Assembly (NCBI GenBank): GCA_965140445.1
Contig: OZ223236.1
Location: 3,008,001-3,072,000 of the forward strand
From: Candidatus Ozemobacteraceae bacterium
GTDB lineage: Bacteria; Muiribacteriota; Ozemobacteria; Ozemobacterales; Ozemobacteraceae
Reading direction: 5' to 3'
DNA length: 64,000 bases
Part shown: positions 10,358-19,994 of the stretch, one piece after another
Layout: every line of letters begins with the position of its first letter
How positions within the stretch are numbered: the first letter of the stretch is position 1
Notes under the pieces: model-generated
What the model was told of the DNA's origin: nothing
What the model saw: the letters and a program-made list of their open reading frames with translations, nothing else
Database searches by the model: none
Translations under genes and position numbers: made by a program

Positions 10358-11853
10358 GCTTTTTTTATTAAATTACCTTTAATAAAAAGTCTTTCTGGTA
10401 AATGATTTTTTAATCGAATAGAAGGAGTTAGGAACGGGTCGTCTTTAAAGGTTATAAAATCTGCAAAGAATCCAGAACTCAATTTCCCTCTTTGATTGGC
10501 TTTTCCAGAGAAATGGTGTCCATCAGTTATGAACATTGAAAAAGCAGTGTTTAAATCTACTCTTTCATCTGGATTATTATGGTTTACAGCAGCTTGAATC
10601 CCTAGCATTGGGTTTGGCGGTGTAACAGGGCTATCAGAACCTCCAGCAAGACGAATTCCTAGATCAAGAAGCGTCCTTAATGGGTTTGCGCTGTCTAGTC
10701 GATCCGGGCCTAATCTTTTTTCATATAATCCATTTTTTCCACCCCAAAAAAAATCAAAAGCGGGTTGAACACAAATGTGAGTTCTTGTTTGTCTCGCGTA
10801 TCTAATTGCTTTAGCGCTGGGAAGAACAAAATGTTCAATTCTATTGGCAGGAGAATCACTTCCAAATTTTTCGAAACTCCAGTTGTAGCAGAACATGACT
10901 GTATCAATAGCTCTGTCCCCGATAGCATGTAGAGCTAATTGAATGCCTTTAGGTGCACAGGCTTTCAACATTTCTTCTATATCTTCAGGAGACAGGTAGA
11001 CATTGCCTGTTTGCCCGGGCATGTCCGAATAGTCTTCCCACAAAGCAGCTGATCTTGTTCCTAATGAGCCATCTGCAAGAATACATCCGCCTAATTGTTT
11101 CCAGCCCCTGGAAACACAGAAGTCCGGGTTAGGGCTTTGGTGATAAATTGTTGCATCCAGAGGACTTTTATCAAGGAAATCTGCTGTTGTTTTTATATCT
11201 GCCAAAGACTTTGCTGAGCCTTCCATGGCATGAATAGAAGCAATTCCATATGAAAAACATGTTTTTTCTGCAAGCTCCAGGGCTGCTAAAATGGTTGATT
11301 GATCATAAGAATTTAAAAGAATGTAGGCTGCTTCATTAAAGGATTTTCCCGAAAGGTATCCATTTGCAATTTCAATAGAAGGGAGTTTTTGTCTTAACCA
11401 TTTTTCTGCAAGAGAGTTTACCACTGCAGAATGAAGATCCTTTCTGGTAATCCAGACTTTGTATTTATTAGAAATGTTGTTTAAATCATTTTGATTTGGC
11501 AAACCATCTTTTAATATAGAATCGTCAAGTCCATAGCCAAGCAGCCAGCCAGAATGGTTTGAACCCCTTTTCATTATACCGGTAACACCTGAAATGGATT
11601 CGGCATCATTTAAATCTGCACCTAGCATGCAAACACCAGTCTGAAGAAAATGAATGTGTGAATCGCAAAAAGCTGGAAAAACAATCGATCCCTGAAGATC
11701 AATTAAATCGACTCCTATTCCTTTGTTGGGAACGGGGAGCTCGAAACCGGTTTTAAGCACAACTCCATCAATAACGTGCATTGAATCAAAGGTGGTTCTT
11801 GAAAAATCGGGATAAGTCCGCCCGGAAAAATTATGAAAATAAAGTTGTTTCAT
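10354..11853 (-). CDS. Amidohydrolase family protein (YtcJ-like)
   Basis: PAFCDSHIH, ADGSLGTRSAAL, LHAIGDRA, RIEH, GSDSPV metal-binding motifs. Confidence 0.9.
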   Translation of the reverse strand: MKQLYFHNFSGRTYPDFSRTTFDSMHVIDGVVLKTGFELPVPNKGIGVDLIDLQGSIVFPAFCDSHIHFLQTGVCMLGADLNDAESISGVTGIMKRGSNHSGWLLGYGLDDSILKDGLPNQNDLNNISNKYKVWITRKDLHSAVVNSLAEKWLRQKLPSIEIANGYLSGKSFNEAAYILLNSYDQSTILAALELAEKTCFSYGIASIHAMEGSAKSLADIKTTADFLDKSPLDATIYHQSPNPDFCVSRGWKQLGGCILADGSLGTRSAALWEDYSDMPGQTGNVYLSPEDIEEMLKACAPKGIQLALHAIGDRAIDTVMFCYNWSFEKFGSDSPANRIEHFVLPSAKAIRYARQTRTHICVQPAFDFFWGGKNGLYEKRLGPDRLDSANPLRTLLDLGIRLAGGSDSPVTPPNPMLGIQAAVNHNNPDERVDLNTAFSMFITDGHHFSGKANQRGKLSSGFFADFITFKDDPFLTPSIRLKNHLPERLFIKGNLIKKA

Positions 11854-11856
11854 TTG

Positions 11857-12192
11857 TTAAAAAGGTAAGTTTTTGTAGAAATGGTAAATTGCTGCAAAAG
11901 TGTAAGAGACCCATCTTAAAGGTGGGGAAATTAGTCTCCAAATAAAATTTAGGAGTTTTGAAGCTCTGGTAATTCTCAATACCCAGTAAACAAGCATAAA
12001 AATGGCAGAAAGAACCATGGTTATTGCGCCATAAAATAGCCACAAACCAGTTTTTTCGCAGGTAGAACAAAGCGGGTCTAATTGACAAGGATTTTTATCG
12101 TTGCCAAGAATTCTGCATGCTATTTGTGCAGGAATACCTCTTGCGACAAATCTTTTTGAGCAAATTTTGTTTAATTTTGATAGAAGAACCAT
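11857..12192 (-). CDS. Small hypothetical membrane protein
   Basis: 111-aa ORF ending 3 nt before the amidohydrolase start; Cys-rich segment then a hydrophobic helix. Confidence 0.5.
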   Translation of the reverse strand: MVLLSKLNKICSKRFVARGIPAQIACRILGNDKNPCQLDPLCSTCEKTGLWLFYGAITMVLSAIFMLVYWVLRITRASKLLNFIWRLISPPLRWVSYTFAAIYHFYKNLPF

Positions 12193-12335
12193 GGATTAAA
12201 TATACCAGAAACTTTACCAACTTTCTAAGCAAATTAAGGAAAAATATAGACGAATTTTTCCTGCTTACTAGGGAATAAATCCCTGGTAAAAAATCGTTTT
12301 TAAGAGAAAGCCCCATGAATAGCGAAACTATAGAT

Positions 12336-12352
12336 TTGGCATGTAAATTGCT
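12336..12352 (+). promoter_or_regulatory. Sigma-54 (-24/-12) promoter
   Basis: TTGGCATGTAAATTGCT: GG-N10-GC, near consensus TGGCAC-N5-TTGCW, 25 nt upstream of the GGAGG-preceded ATG at 12378. Confidence 0.75.
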
Positions 12353-12377
12353 GATTAAAGTGAACCGGAGGTTAACT

Positions 12378-13052
12378 ATGAAATATGCACTTGTTAGAAT
12401 CCTTACATTGAGCGCTTTCGCTATGGTTCTGGGATTCGTATCTGAGGCCGAATTGAAAGTTACTGAGGGGCAGGCATTTGTAGTTGGCCGTTGCCAGGTT
12501 GCTTATAATGGAGTAACTTCCGAGCTTTTAAAAAGTGAAAACTGTAAACATCTAAAATCTGAAAATGTGGTTGGCATTGCTCAGGCCAAGTTAAAAGACT
12601 ATAAAAATGGAAAGCCGGTTTACCAGATAAAGAAAATTTTCAAAGTTAAAACAGATAAAAATGGTGTTTTCATGATGAAGAGCGTGCCCTCTAATTGTGC
12701 TTACCTTTTTCTTGGTGCACAGATTCATGAAAATATTCCTTTAAAACTAGATGGCTTAGTTTACTCCAAAAATATAAATTCAAATGTAGTTAATCTCGGG
12801 GAAAACCAGATTTCTGTTAGTCTTGCCAATTCAGGAAAAAATGTTGAGTTGGAGCATAAGGTTTTCAGTAAATTCTCCAATGAAGCTTATATCCAGCATT
12901 TTTTAAACAAAAGCTGGTTGCACAGATTTGCCCAGGTTATTTGCGGACCACAGAAAAATCTGGACCAAAACAAGGGAGTAGAGTTTTTAAAAGCTTCTGA
13001 AGTTGAATTTGATGGTCTTGATACTGTAGAATGGGTGACAATTGAAAGTTAA
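12378..13052 (+). CDS. Hypothetical exported protein, first gene of type IV filament cluster 1
   Basis: GGAGG RBS, N-terminal signal-like segment, KTDKNGVF beta-sandwich-like motif; 11 nt before the ATPase gene. Confidence 0.7.
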   Translation: MKYALVRILTLSAFAMVLGFVSEAELKVTEGQAFVVGRCQVAYNGVTSELLKSENCKHLKSENVVGIAQAKLKDYKNGKPVYQIKKIFKVKTDKNGVFMMKSVPSNCAYLFLGAQIHENIPLKLDGLVYSKNINSNVVNLGENQISVSLANSGKNVELEHKVFSKFSNEAYIQHFLNKSWLHRFAQVICGPQKNLDQNKGVEFLKASEVEFDGLDTVEWVTIES

Positions 13053-13063
13053 AATCTGGGTTA

Positions 13064-14326
13064 ATGCAAAAAAAAGAAGAAAAGTTATTTAAAGATGGTT
13101 TTGGTTTTATTCCAATAGAAGTATCCCCTGGAAGGTTAAAATCCCTTCTGGGGGAAGTTTCATATAAGCTGGATTCACAGCAACTTGAAATTTTTCAAAA
13201 AGACAAAGCCTTAAAAATTCCTTACTCTGAAATAGTAAAAACTGTTGCTGAGAACAAGAACACATTAAAGATTACATCCAATAACGGTGAATTTTCTATT
13301 GCCCACGAAAATGGCGCACCCTCTTTAAAATTGCTTCTAGATAGATTGATAGAGGAAAGCGATTTCTATATTAAAGCCCAGAACGGTGAAATCGCCTGGC
13401 CAGAGGCCTTCAAAGAATGTCTTTCTTTTAGAGCTTTGCCTTTTGTTTGGGCCACAGAACTATTACTACAAAAATCCATTAAACAAAATTGCTCCGATGT
13501 TCATTTTGAACCTTTTGAAAATGAAGTTAAGATTACATTTAGAAAAAGAGATGAGGTTAGTTTTGCTTTTTCTTTTCCAGTGAAAAGTTATGAACGAATC
13601 TTATCAAGAATGAAATACCTGGCAGGTTGTCAGAATCATGTTCAAAACCGGCCTCAAGAGGGGGCTTTTCGGCACAAAGATACTAATATTGATATCCGGC
13701 TTTCCACCTTTCCTTCAAAATACGGCGAAAGAACCGCTTTAAGATTTATTAATACTGTTCAGTTTAACAATATTGAATCCTTAGGATGGCCTGGAGCTCT
13801 TTCTGGAGAATGGTTGAAGCTGTGTTCGTCCTCTAATGGTCTGATTTTGATTACTGGCCCGGTTGGCTCGGGAAAGACAACAGCCTTATATGCTACTTTA
13901 TGTGAACTTGCAAAACAAAAGGGTGGAAATAGAATTGTAACTATTGAAGATCCTGTTGAAGGAAGAGTTCCAGAGATTTGTCAATCCTCCCTTGAAGAGA
14001 TAAATAACTTAACTTTGGCGGAGGCTTTTAAGCATATTTTGCGTCAGGACCCTGATATTATTGCTCTTGGGGAGATCCGCGATGCAGAATGCGTTAGGGA
14101 AGCTCTTCAAGCGGGACTTTCCGGGCATATTGTTTTTGCAACCTTTCACGCCGGGTCTGCCGATGAAGCTTGTTTAAGAATAAAGCAAATGGGAATTGAT
14201 AATTATTTGGTTTTTAATGGATTAAAGGCTATACTTTCCCTTGAACTAAAACAGATTGATGGAAAGGTTTGTCCCTCTGTTCACCTTAAAGAAATGGCGA
14301 AATTGGAGGGGGAGGTTTTACGGTAG
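13064..14326 (+). CDS. GspE/PilB/ComGA-family secretion ATPase (compact, no Zn-binding tetracysteine)
   Basis: SDVHFEP, PQEG, Walker A GPVGSGKTT, TIEDPVE, LRQDPD, Walker B LGEIRD, His box GHIVFATFH. Confidence 0.9.
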   Translation: MQKKEEKLFKDGFGFIPIEVSPGRLKSLLGEVSYKLDSQQLEIFQKDKALKIPYSEIVKTVAENKNTLKITSNNGEFSIAHENGAPSLKLLLDRLIEESDFYIKAQNGEIAWPEAFKECLSFRALPFVWATELLLQKSIKQNCSDVHFEPFENEVKITFRKRDEVSFAFSFPVKSYERILSRMKYLAGCQNHVQNRPQEGAFRHKDTNIDIRLSTFPSKYGERTALRFINTVQFNNIESLGWPGALSGEWLKLCSSSNGLILITGPVGSGKTTALYATLCELAKQKGGNRIVTIEDPVEGRVPEICQSSLEEINNLTLAEAFKHILRQDPDIIALGEIRDAECVREALQAGLSGHIVFATFHAGSADEACLRIKQMGIDNYLVFNGLKAILSLELKQIDGKVCPSVHLKEMAKLEGEVLR

Positions 14327-15337
14327 ATGCAAGGTCTTGATATTAGTAGAGTTGCTGGGCATTCTGGAATTGAAGCTCTTAGTTCTAAAGAGGAATTGGT
14401 TCTGGGAATTGGTTTTATCCTGAAAAGTGGTGTTGAACTATGCCCTGCGCTTAAACTGGCTGCCGAATCCTCGGAAAATCGTTCTGTGAAAATGTCATTG
14501 TTAAAAGCGGCGAAACTTATCCATGAAGGCAATGAGCCAATCAAAGTTTTTAAGGAAGGTTTCATGTCTTCAATCCCGCCTTATGCAAGATTTGTCCTTG
14601 GTGCTCCCATTGATAGCAAAACAAAGGGTGAGATTTTATTTGGATGGCATAGATTTCAATTTACCAGATTTAAAAGTTTTATAGAACTAGGGTTAGCTTT
14701 TCAGGAAGCAGCAATAGGAGGACTAACCATAACATCTTTGTTTATGTTTGTTGTTCCTCAGTTCAAAGAGATTTTCATGGGATTAAATATTGATGGGGGG
14801 ACTCTATTTTCAATTCTGCTCTTCCTTTCTGATAATGGTTTTGGATTTTTGCTTCTCATTTTTATCGGGGTTTTGGTTATTGGGATCGCGGGAAAAGGAT
14901 TCGTTGCAAGTTTTCTTGGTATTCAAAGTGAAATTGATTATTTAAATTTTGTTTCTTTGTTAAAAATTATAGATAAAGAAAAAGTGGGAATGGTTGTTAG
15001 GATTTTGTCGAATAAAACCGTTTTCCCAAAACAGCATGAAAGGTTTAAGGAATTTTCAGAGGCCTTAATGGCCGGAGAATCAATTGATACAGCACTTGAA
15101 AGATCAAACATTGATCCTTTTTTTGCCTGGTTTATCAAGCTTGGCCTGGTCGGTGAAATGGGGAAAGAATCCCTTGAGGACAGTGCAGTATTATTGGAAG
15201 CAAGAATTGTTACCCGCTTTGAAATGCTAAGTGCCATCACAGGCGTTTTAATAACATTATTTTTGGGATGCTCCTTTGGAATAATTGTTGTTGGAGTTTT
15301 TTCAGGCATTCTTGCAGCTATGAATGGAGCTATGTAA
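14327..15337 (+). CDS. PilC/GspF-family platform protein (divergent)
   Basis: LKSGVEL..ALKL, FVVPQFKEIF, GESIDTAL; TM pattern; abuts the ATPase gene. Confidence 0.75.
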   Translation: MQGLDISRVAGHSGIEALSSKEELVLGIGFILKSGVELCPALKLAAESSENRSVKMSLLKAAKLIHEGNEPIKVFKEGFMSSIPPYARFVLGAPIDSKTKGEILFGWHRFQFTRFKSFIELGLAFQEAAIGGLTITSLFMFVVPQFKEIFMGLNIDGGTLFSILLFLSDNGFGFLLLIFIGVLVIGIAGKGFVASFLGIQSEIDYLNFVSLLKIIDKEKVGMVVRILSNKTVFPKQHERFKEFSEALMAGESIDTALERSNIDPFFAWFIKLGLVGEMGKESLEDSAVLLEARIVTRFEMLSAITGVLITLFLGCSFGIIVVGVFSGILAAMNGAM

Positions 15338-16366
15338 ATGTCAGTTGATAAAAGAAACGAAGAATTGATTTTATTTTGTCAAATGCTAAGCATGGCATCT
15401 CAAAGCGGAATACCGCTTGCAGAATCTTTAATTGAAGCTTCAAATGCACATTCCGGGCGGATTGCAGGGAACTGGTGCAGAAATCTTGCTCTAAGACTTA
15501 AGGATGGATACTCAATAGAAAACGCAATGCAGGATTTAGAGGGATTTGATTCTATTCTTGCTGGAATTGTAGCCGTTATTGGTGAGGATAGACTCATTGA
15601 GATATTGCAAAGTTACTCCAGGTTTTTGCTTTTCATTGAAACTATAAGAGAGAATTTAAAAACTGCCTTTTTTTATCCTCTTGTCATAATGTTTTTTCTA
15701 TTAGCCAATTTGATGTTACTTAATTTTTTCGTTTTTCCAGCACTTTTCCAGGAATTTATCGGTAAAATTAACGAAGTTCCAATTTTAATGCGCGCATTAT
15801 ATTTTGCCGAACCGAGAATGTGGCCTTTTTCCTTATTGTTTCCATGTTTATTTTTCTGGGCAACAGCCAATACTGTTAAAACTATTTGGACTGGTGATTG
15901 GCAAGTTTTTCGGCATTCTTTGATTGCAAGACTTATGAAGTTGAATTTATTCATCGAAAAGCAGGCTGAGGCAAGGATTCAATCCCTTATAGCTTTATAC
16001 CTTGGTGCAGGGTTTACTTTGGTTGAATCAATTTATCGGGCATCGGATTCTGATCCGAAAATGTCAGAGACCTTTCGCTTACGTAATGTTGCTGAAGCTC
16101 TAAAAAATGGTGTTGATTTTAAGGAAGCCATGGAACAAAGCCCAGTGCTGGAGTATTTTGCAGAAGTTAGCACAGAAGGGCAGGAACTTGAGTTTAAGTT
16201 AAAAAAAATGGCAAAACTTAGATTTCATTCAGCAAAAAAAGATTTTAGTTTTATGGAAAAAGTGGCTTCTATTGTTGCTGTTATCCTTGCTGGAATTATG
16301 GTTATGATTATTTCTCTTAGCTTCTTCAGTACTTACTTTTGGCAGTTGTGGGAGGTCATAAAATGA
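15338..16366 (+). CDS. PilC/GspF-family platform protein
   Basis: QSGIPLAESL, LKDGYSI, AFFYPLV, FVFPALF, GAGFTLVESI, LKNGVDF: two T2SSF repeats. Confidence 0.8.
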   Translation: MSVDKRNEELILFCQMLSMASQSGIPLAESLIEASNAHSGRIAGNWCRNLALRLKDGYSIENAMQDLEGFDSILAGIVAVIGEDRLIEILQSYSRFLLFIETIRENLKTAFFYPLVIMFFLLANLMLLNFFVFPALFQEFIGKINEVPILMRALYFAEPRMWPFSLLFPCLFFWATANTVKTIWTGDWQVFRHSLIARLMKLNLFIEKQAEARIQSLIALYLGAGFTLVESIYRASDSDPKMSETFRLRNVAEALKNGVDFKEAMEQSPVLEYFAEVSTEGQELEFKLKKMAKLRFHSAKKDFSFMEKVASIVAVILAGIMVMIISLSFFSTYFWQLWEVIK

Positions 16367-16734
16367 GAAAAAAAGGCCTCACATTGATAGAAATTATAAT
16401 TACCTGCTCTTTAATGGTCGTTTTGATTATTGCCTTAAGCACAGTCACAAGATTTCATTCTAATACTCTAAATTTAATAGAAAAAGAAACATTTAGCCTT
16501 TATGCACTCGAAAGCCTTAGAAACAAGGTTTTGGTTGATTTGAGAAATGGCCACACACCTGAAGAAATACTGGAAGCAAACAAAAGTTTTATTGGTAAGG
16601 CCAAGTTTAATCTTAGGCTTGAAACATTAGATGGAATTAATGGGAATAAAAGAATAAGGCTTAGTCTAAGTGAGAAACCAAGAGACAATGAGTTGCAGAT
16701 GAAACCCACTTTTCGGGAGGTCCTACTACCATGA
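16363..16734 (+). CDS. Type IV prepilin-like protein
   Basis: MRKKG|LTLIEIII class III signal with Glu+5; GGAGG RBS; ATGA overlap with the upstream stop. Confidence 0.85.
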   Translation: MRKKGLTLIEIIITCSLMVVLIIALSTVTRFHSNTLNLIEKETFSLYALESLRNKVLVDLRNGHTPEEILEANKSFIGKAKFNLRLETLDGINGNKRIRLSLSEKPRDNELQMKPTFREVLLP

Positions 16735-17162
16735 AAAAAAATGGGTTTACATTAATTGAGCTTATGATTGTAATTGCTATCATTGGAATTATAATGGGAT
16801 GTGGATTTTTTGATGGTATTAAATTCCTTTCACATAGGTTTAAGCACGATTCAAAAATTGTCAGTGAAAATACAAAGCTATGTTTTATGTTTTCCAAGAT
16901 AAAAAGAATTCTGGAAAAAGAGAACGAAGTTATAGATGTTGAAGAAGACGGCCATTGTGTGAACCTTTCAAAAGAAAGGCGTATAAGAGTTTCACCTAAC
17001 GGGAAAAATATTTCTATAGTTGATTCCAATGGAGAGCTTAATTACAACTTTAAGGATACCTGGTTTTCAAAATTCAGGAAAATTGATAATAAGACATTTT
17101 ACTGTAAAATCAAATTCAGAAAAATGAGTTTGCCTATGTACTGGAAGGTTGGAAACTTCTAA
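16731..17162 (+). CDS. Type IV prepilin-like protein
   Basis: MKKNG|FTLIELMIVIAIIG canonical N-methylation motif. Confidence 0.9.
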   Translation: MKKNGFTLIELMIVIAIIGIIMGCGFFDGIKFLSHRFKHDSKIVSENTKLCFMFSKIKRILEKENEVIDVEEDGHCVNLSKERRIRVSPNGKNISIVDSNGELNYNFKDTWFSKFRKIDNKTFYCKIKFRKMSLPMYWKVGNF

Positions 17163-17164
17163 TT

Positions 17165-17392
17165 ATGATTAGTATTAAAAATAGAAAAGGGTTTACTATT
17201 TATCTTAGTTTTGCTGTTGTGCTAGCCATCTTCTTTTCATACTACATGAACTCTACGGTGGAAATAATTTCAATTCGAAAGCTACAAAAGAAGCTAAAAG
17301 TCCAATTGTTAAAAACGGACCGAAAAATTGAAAAGCCTGTAACCGTTTCTCCTGGCGGGATTAATGCTGAACAGGATTATTTAAACCGCTGA
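17165..17392 (+). CDS. Very short minor pilin-like protein lacking Glu+5 (PilX/GspK/ComGG-type position)
   Basis: NRKG|FTIYLSFAVVLAIFF; last gene of the pilin run. Confidence 0.55.
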   Translation: MISIKNRKGFTIYLSFAVVLAIFFSYYMNSTVEIISIRKLQKKLKVQLLKTDRKIEKPVTVSPGGINAEQDYLNR

Positions 17393-17397
17393 TATAC

Positions 17398-17426
17398 TTG
17401 CGCTTTCTAATATTTTTTATTAAAAT
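17398..17426 (+). promoter_or_regulatory. Putative sigma-70 promoter of the ATP-grasp gene
   Basis: TTGCGC-17 nt-TAAAAT. Confidence 0.4.
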
Positions 17427-17518
17427 CTTGTTCGTGCTGCTTTATTAAGATTTTAAGTAGCTTTCTTTTGGGGTACCGCTGCTTGGCGGAAAAATAAAAT
17501 TGTCACAGGAAGAAAATA

Positions 17519-18685
17519 ATGAATTTGTTGTATATCAGTCCGAGTTTCCCACCAACCTTTTATAAATTTTGTGTTGGTTTAGCACGTAAAGGAATCAGGG
17601 TTTTTGGTGTTGGAGAAGATTCTTTTGAGCAGCTTCACCCTGAACTTAAAGAGTCATTTACAGAATATTACAGGGTAAATTCCCTTGAAAATTACGAAGA
17701 AATATACAGGGCAGCGGCTTATTTCATTCACAGACATGGAAGAATCGATATTGTGGAATCTCACAATGAGCACTGGATGATGCACGAAGCCAATTTGCGT
17801 GAAGATTTCAACATTGCTGAAGGACCAGACGTCGCCCAAACAATTAGAATTAAACGAAAATCTGAAATGAAAAAGATTTTTAGGAGCGAAAAGTGTCCGG
17901 TTGTAGATGGAGAGATTGTCACAGACAAAGCTTCTCTAAAAAAGTTTATTAAAAAGCATGGGTATCCTGTTTTTGCAAAACCTGACATTGGTGTTGGAGC
18001 AATGGCTACCTATAAAATTGCAGACGAGAACTCACTGGAAAATTTTTGGAACACAAAACCTGATGGTGACTATTTTGTAGAACCATTTATTGATGGCCAG
18101 CTTTTAACCTTTGATGGAATAGCAGATCAGAATGGGGAAATCGTTTTTTACTCATCTTTGCATTCTATGAGTGGAGCATTTGACCTTGTCGCCAATAATG
18201 GCGATTTAAGCTACTACCTTATTCGAGATATACCCAAAGATGTCCTGGAAATTGGTCCAAAGCTTGTTAAAGCTTTTGGAATTAAGGCTAAGTTCTTCCA
18301 TCTTGAATTTCTTAGAAGAAAGTCAGATGATAAGCTGTTTGTCCTTGAAATGAATTGTCGTCCTCCTGGAGGGTATACGGTTGATTTAATGAACTTTACA
18401 GCCGATGTTGATGTCTATCAGGAATGGGCCAATATCGTTGCTGATAATAAGTTCTATGCCCCGGTTGACAGAAAATACTTTGCCGCACACATTGCACGCA
18501 AATACGGAAAAGCCTATGCTCATTCAAATGAAGAGATTTATGCCAAATTTGGTGAAAAAATCTCTATGCACACAGAAGTGCCTCTCGTTTTTTCTGAAGT
18601 AATGGGTAACGAAGCTTTTCTTGTAAGATCTCCTGTAGAAGAAGATATTTTTGAAATGACAAGATTTATCCAGCAACTGGCTTAA
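17519..18685 (+). CDS. ATP-grasp domain protein
   Basis: K.EMK..F, GYPVFAKPDIGVGA, VEPFIDG, FFHLEF, LEMNCRPPG. Confidence 0.88.
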   Translation: MNLLYISPSFPPTFYKFCVGLARKGIRVFGVGEDSFEQLHPELKESFTEYYRVNSLENYEEIYRAAAYFIHRHGRIDIVESHNEHWMMHEANLREDFNIAEGPDVAQTIRIKRKSEMKKIFRSEKCPVVDGEIVTDKASLKKFIKKHGYPVFAKPDIGVGAMATYKIADENSLENFWNTKPDGDYFVEPFIDGQLLTFDGIADQNGEIVFYSSLHSMSGAFDLVANNGDLSYYLIRDIPKDVLEIGPKLVKAFGIKAKFFHLEFLRRKSDDKLFVLEMNCRPPGGYTVDLMNFTADVDVYQEWANIVADNKFYAPVDRKYFAAHIARKYGKAYAHSNEEIYAKFGEKISMHTEVPLVFSEVMGNEAFLVRSPVEEDIFEMTRFIQQLA

Positions 18686-18697
18686 ACTAGTTAATTG

Positions 18698-18735
18698 AAT
18701 CCCCTATTCTTCATAAGAGAGTAGGGGATTTTTTT
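18698..18735 (+). terminator. Intrinsic terminator between convergent genes
   Basis: AATCCCCTATTCT/AGAGTAGGGGATT stem followed by a T run. Confidence 0.75.
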
Positions 18736-19993
18736 ATCTAATTCTAAAAAGAAAAATGTCACCGATATTTGAGTTTGACCTTTCTTTTGGAAATAGGAGA
18801 TCGAACTTTTCAAGTTGTTCGGCTGTATTGAAGGCCTTAATGCCTTGAGTCAGAGCGGTTTGCAATTCTCGTTGTTCAAGAATTTCCGAAGAAATGAAAC
18901 ATCCTGAAGAATTTGAATTTCCGTCATTTCCATCAGTTGCAATACCAATTAAATCAAATTTTTGTTTCTTTTTAATTTTAAGTGCAACTTGAGCTAGAAG
19001 GTGACTTATTCTGCCGCCTCTGGCTGAAACTACCTCTGGTGGAAGCTTAATTTCTTTTTCCCCAAGGATGACATACCAGAAATCTTTTTTAAAATAAGAT
19101 GTTAAATCCTGAAGCCAAACTTCCCAGGTTTTGTGATCAAGAGGCTGGGATGAGATTGTTCCGTGATTTTTGAGGACGGCCATAATTTTTTCAAATCCCA
19201 GGGTTTTGTTTAAAATAACTTTGAAGGAGTGATTTGTGCTATCAAACAAACTATTTTTTGTAGAAGCTTTTGGGGATTCATTCATTTTGATTTCTAAAAA
19301 ATTTAGAGCGTTTTTGGGAAAGTTTGAAATGTTTTTAGCAATTTCGAAAGCATTTTTGAAGCTTGTCGGATCAACAGAAAAAGGTCCTGATCCAATATCC
19401 CAGGGGTGATCGTTTGGTACATCAGAAATTGCAAGAGTTAAAGATTTGATTCTTTTTCTGCTAATTTTTTTTAACAGGTTTCCCCCTTTGATTTTTGATA
19501 TGTGGCGACGAACAATGTTTATTTCATCTATCGCTAATCCTGAATGAATGAGGGTTTTGTGACATAGGGTTTTTTCTTCTCTGGTGATTCCATCTGCTGG
19601 GAGTGCCAGCAAGGAAGAAGTTCCACCGGAAATAAGAATTAACAGGTTAGAATTGGATTCAAGATTGTCAATGAAGGCTAAAATTTGTTCTCCTGCTTGG
19701 TAAGAACCTTCGCTGGGATAAGGATGCTCCCCTTGAAAATGCTGAATCTTTTTGGTCGGGGTTTGAAGAGAGTTATCTAATTTAAATGGAGAAACTATAA
19801 AGGACGCCTTACTTTTATTATAAAAATAGTCTGGAATTCCCTTAAACATTTCCTGAGAAGCTTTGCCAAGTGAAATTACGTTTATAGGAGCCTGATCAAA
19901 TTCAAAAGCGCTAAGAGCTTCAAAAGTTAGAGAGGAAGCTCTTAGCGCTTGATTTATTTCTACAAATATTTTTTTGAAAGATGTTCTTTGCAA
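18734..19993 (-). CDS. Glycerate kinase type 2 (DUF4147/MOFRL) family protein
   Basis: LGKAS, EHPYP, LISGGTSSLL, SKIKGGNL, ISDVP, IGSGP, GGR, ATDGNDG; TTG start directly after the upstream stop. Confidence 0.85.
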   Translation of the reverse strand: MQRTSFKKIFVEINQALRASSLTFEALSAFEFDQAPINVISLGKASQEMFKGIPDYFYNKSKASFIVSPFKLDNSLQTPTKKIQHFQGEHPYPSEGSYQAGEQILAFIDNLESNSNLLILISGGTSSLLALPADGITREEKTLCHKTLIHSGLAIDEINIVRRHISKIKGGNLLKKISRKRIKSLTLAISDVPNDHPWDIGSGPFSVDPTSFKNAFEIAKNISNFPKNALNFLEIKMNESPKASTKNSLFDSTNHSFKVILNKTLGFEKIMAVLKNHGTISSQPLDHKTWEVWLQDLTSYFKKDFWYVILGEKEIKLPPEVVSARGGRISHLLAQVALKIKKKQKFDLIGIATDGNDGNSNSSGCFISSEILEQRELQTALTQGIKAFNTAEQLEKFDLLFPKERSNSNIGDIFLFRIR

Positions 19994-19994
19994 A

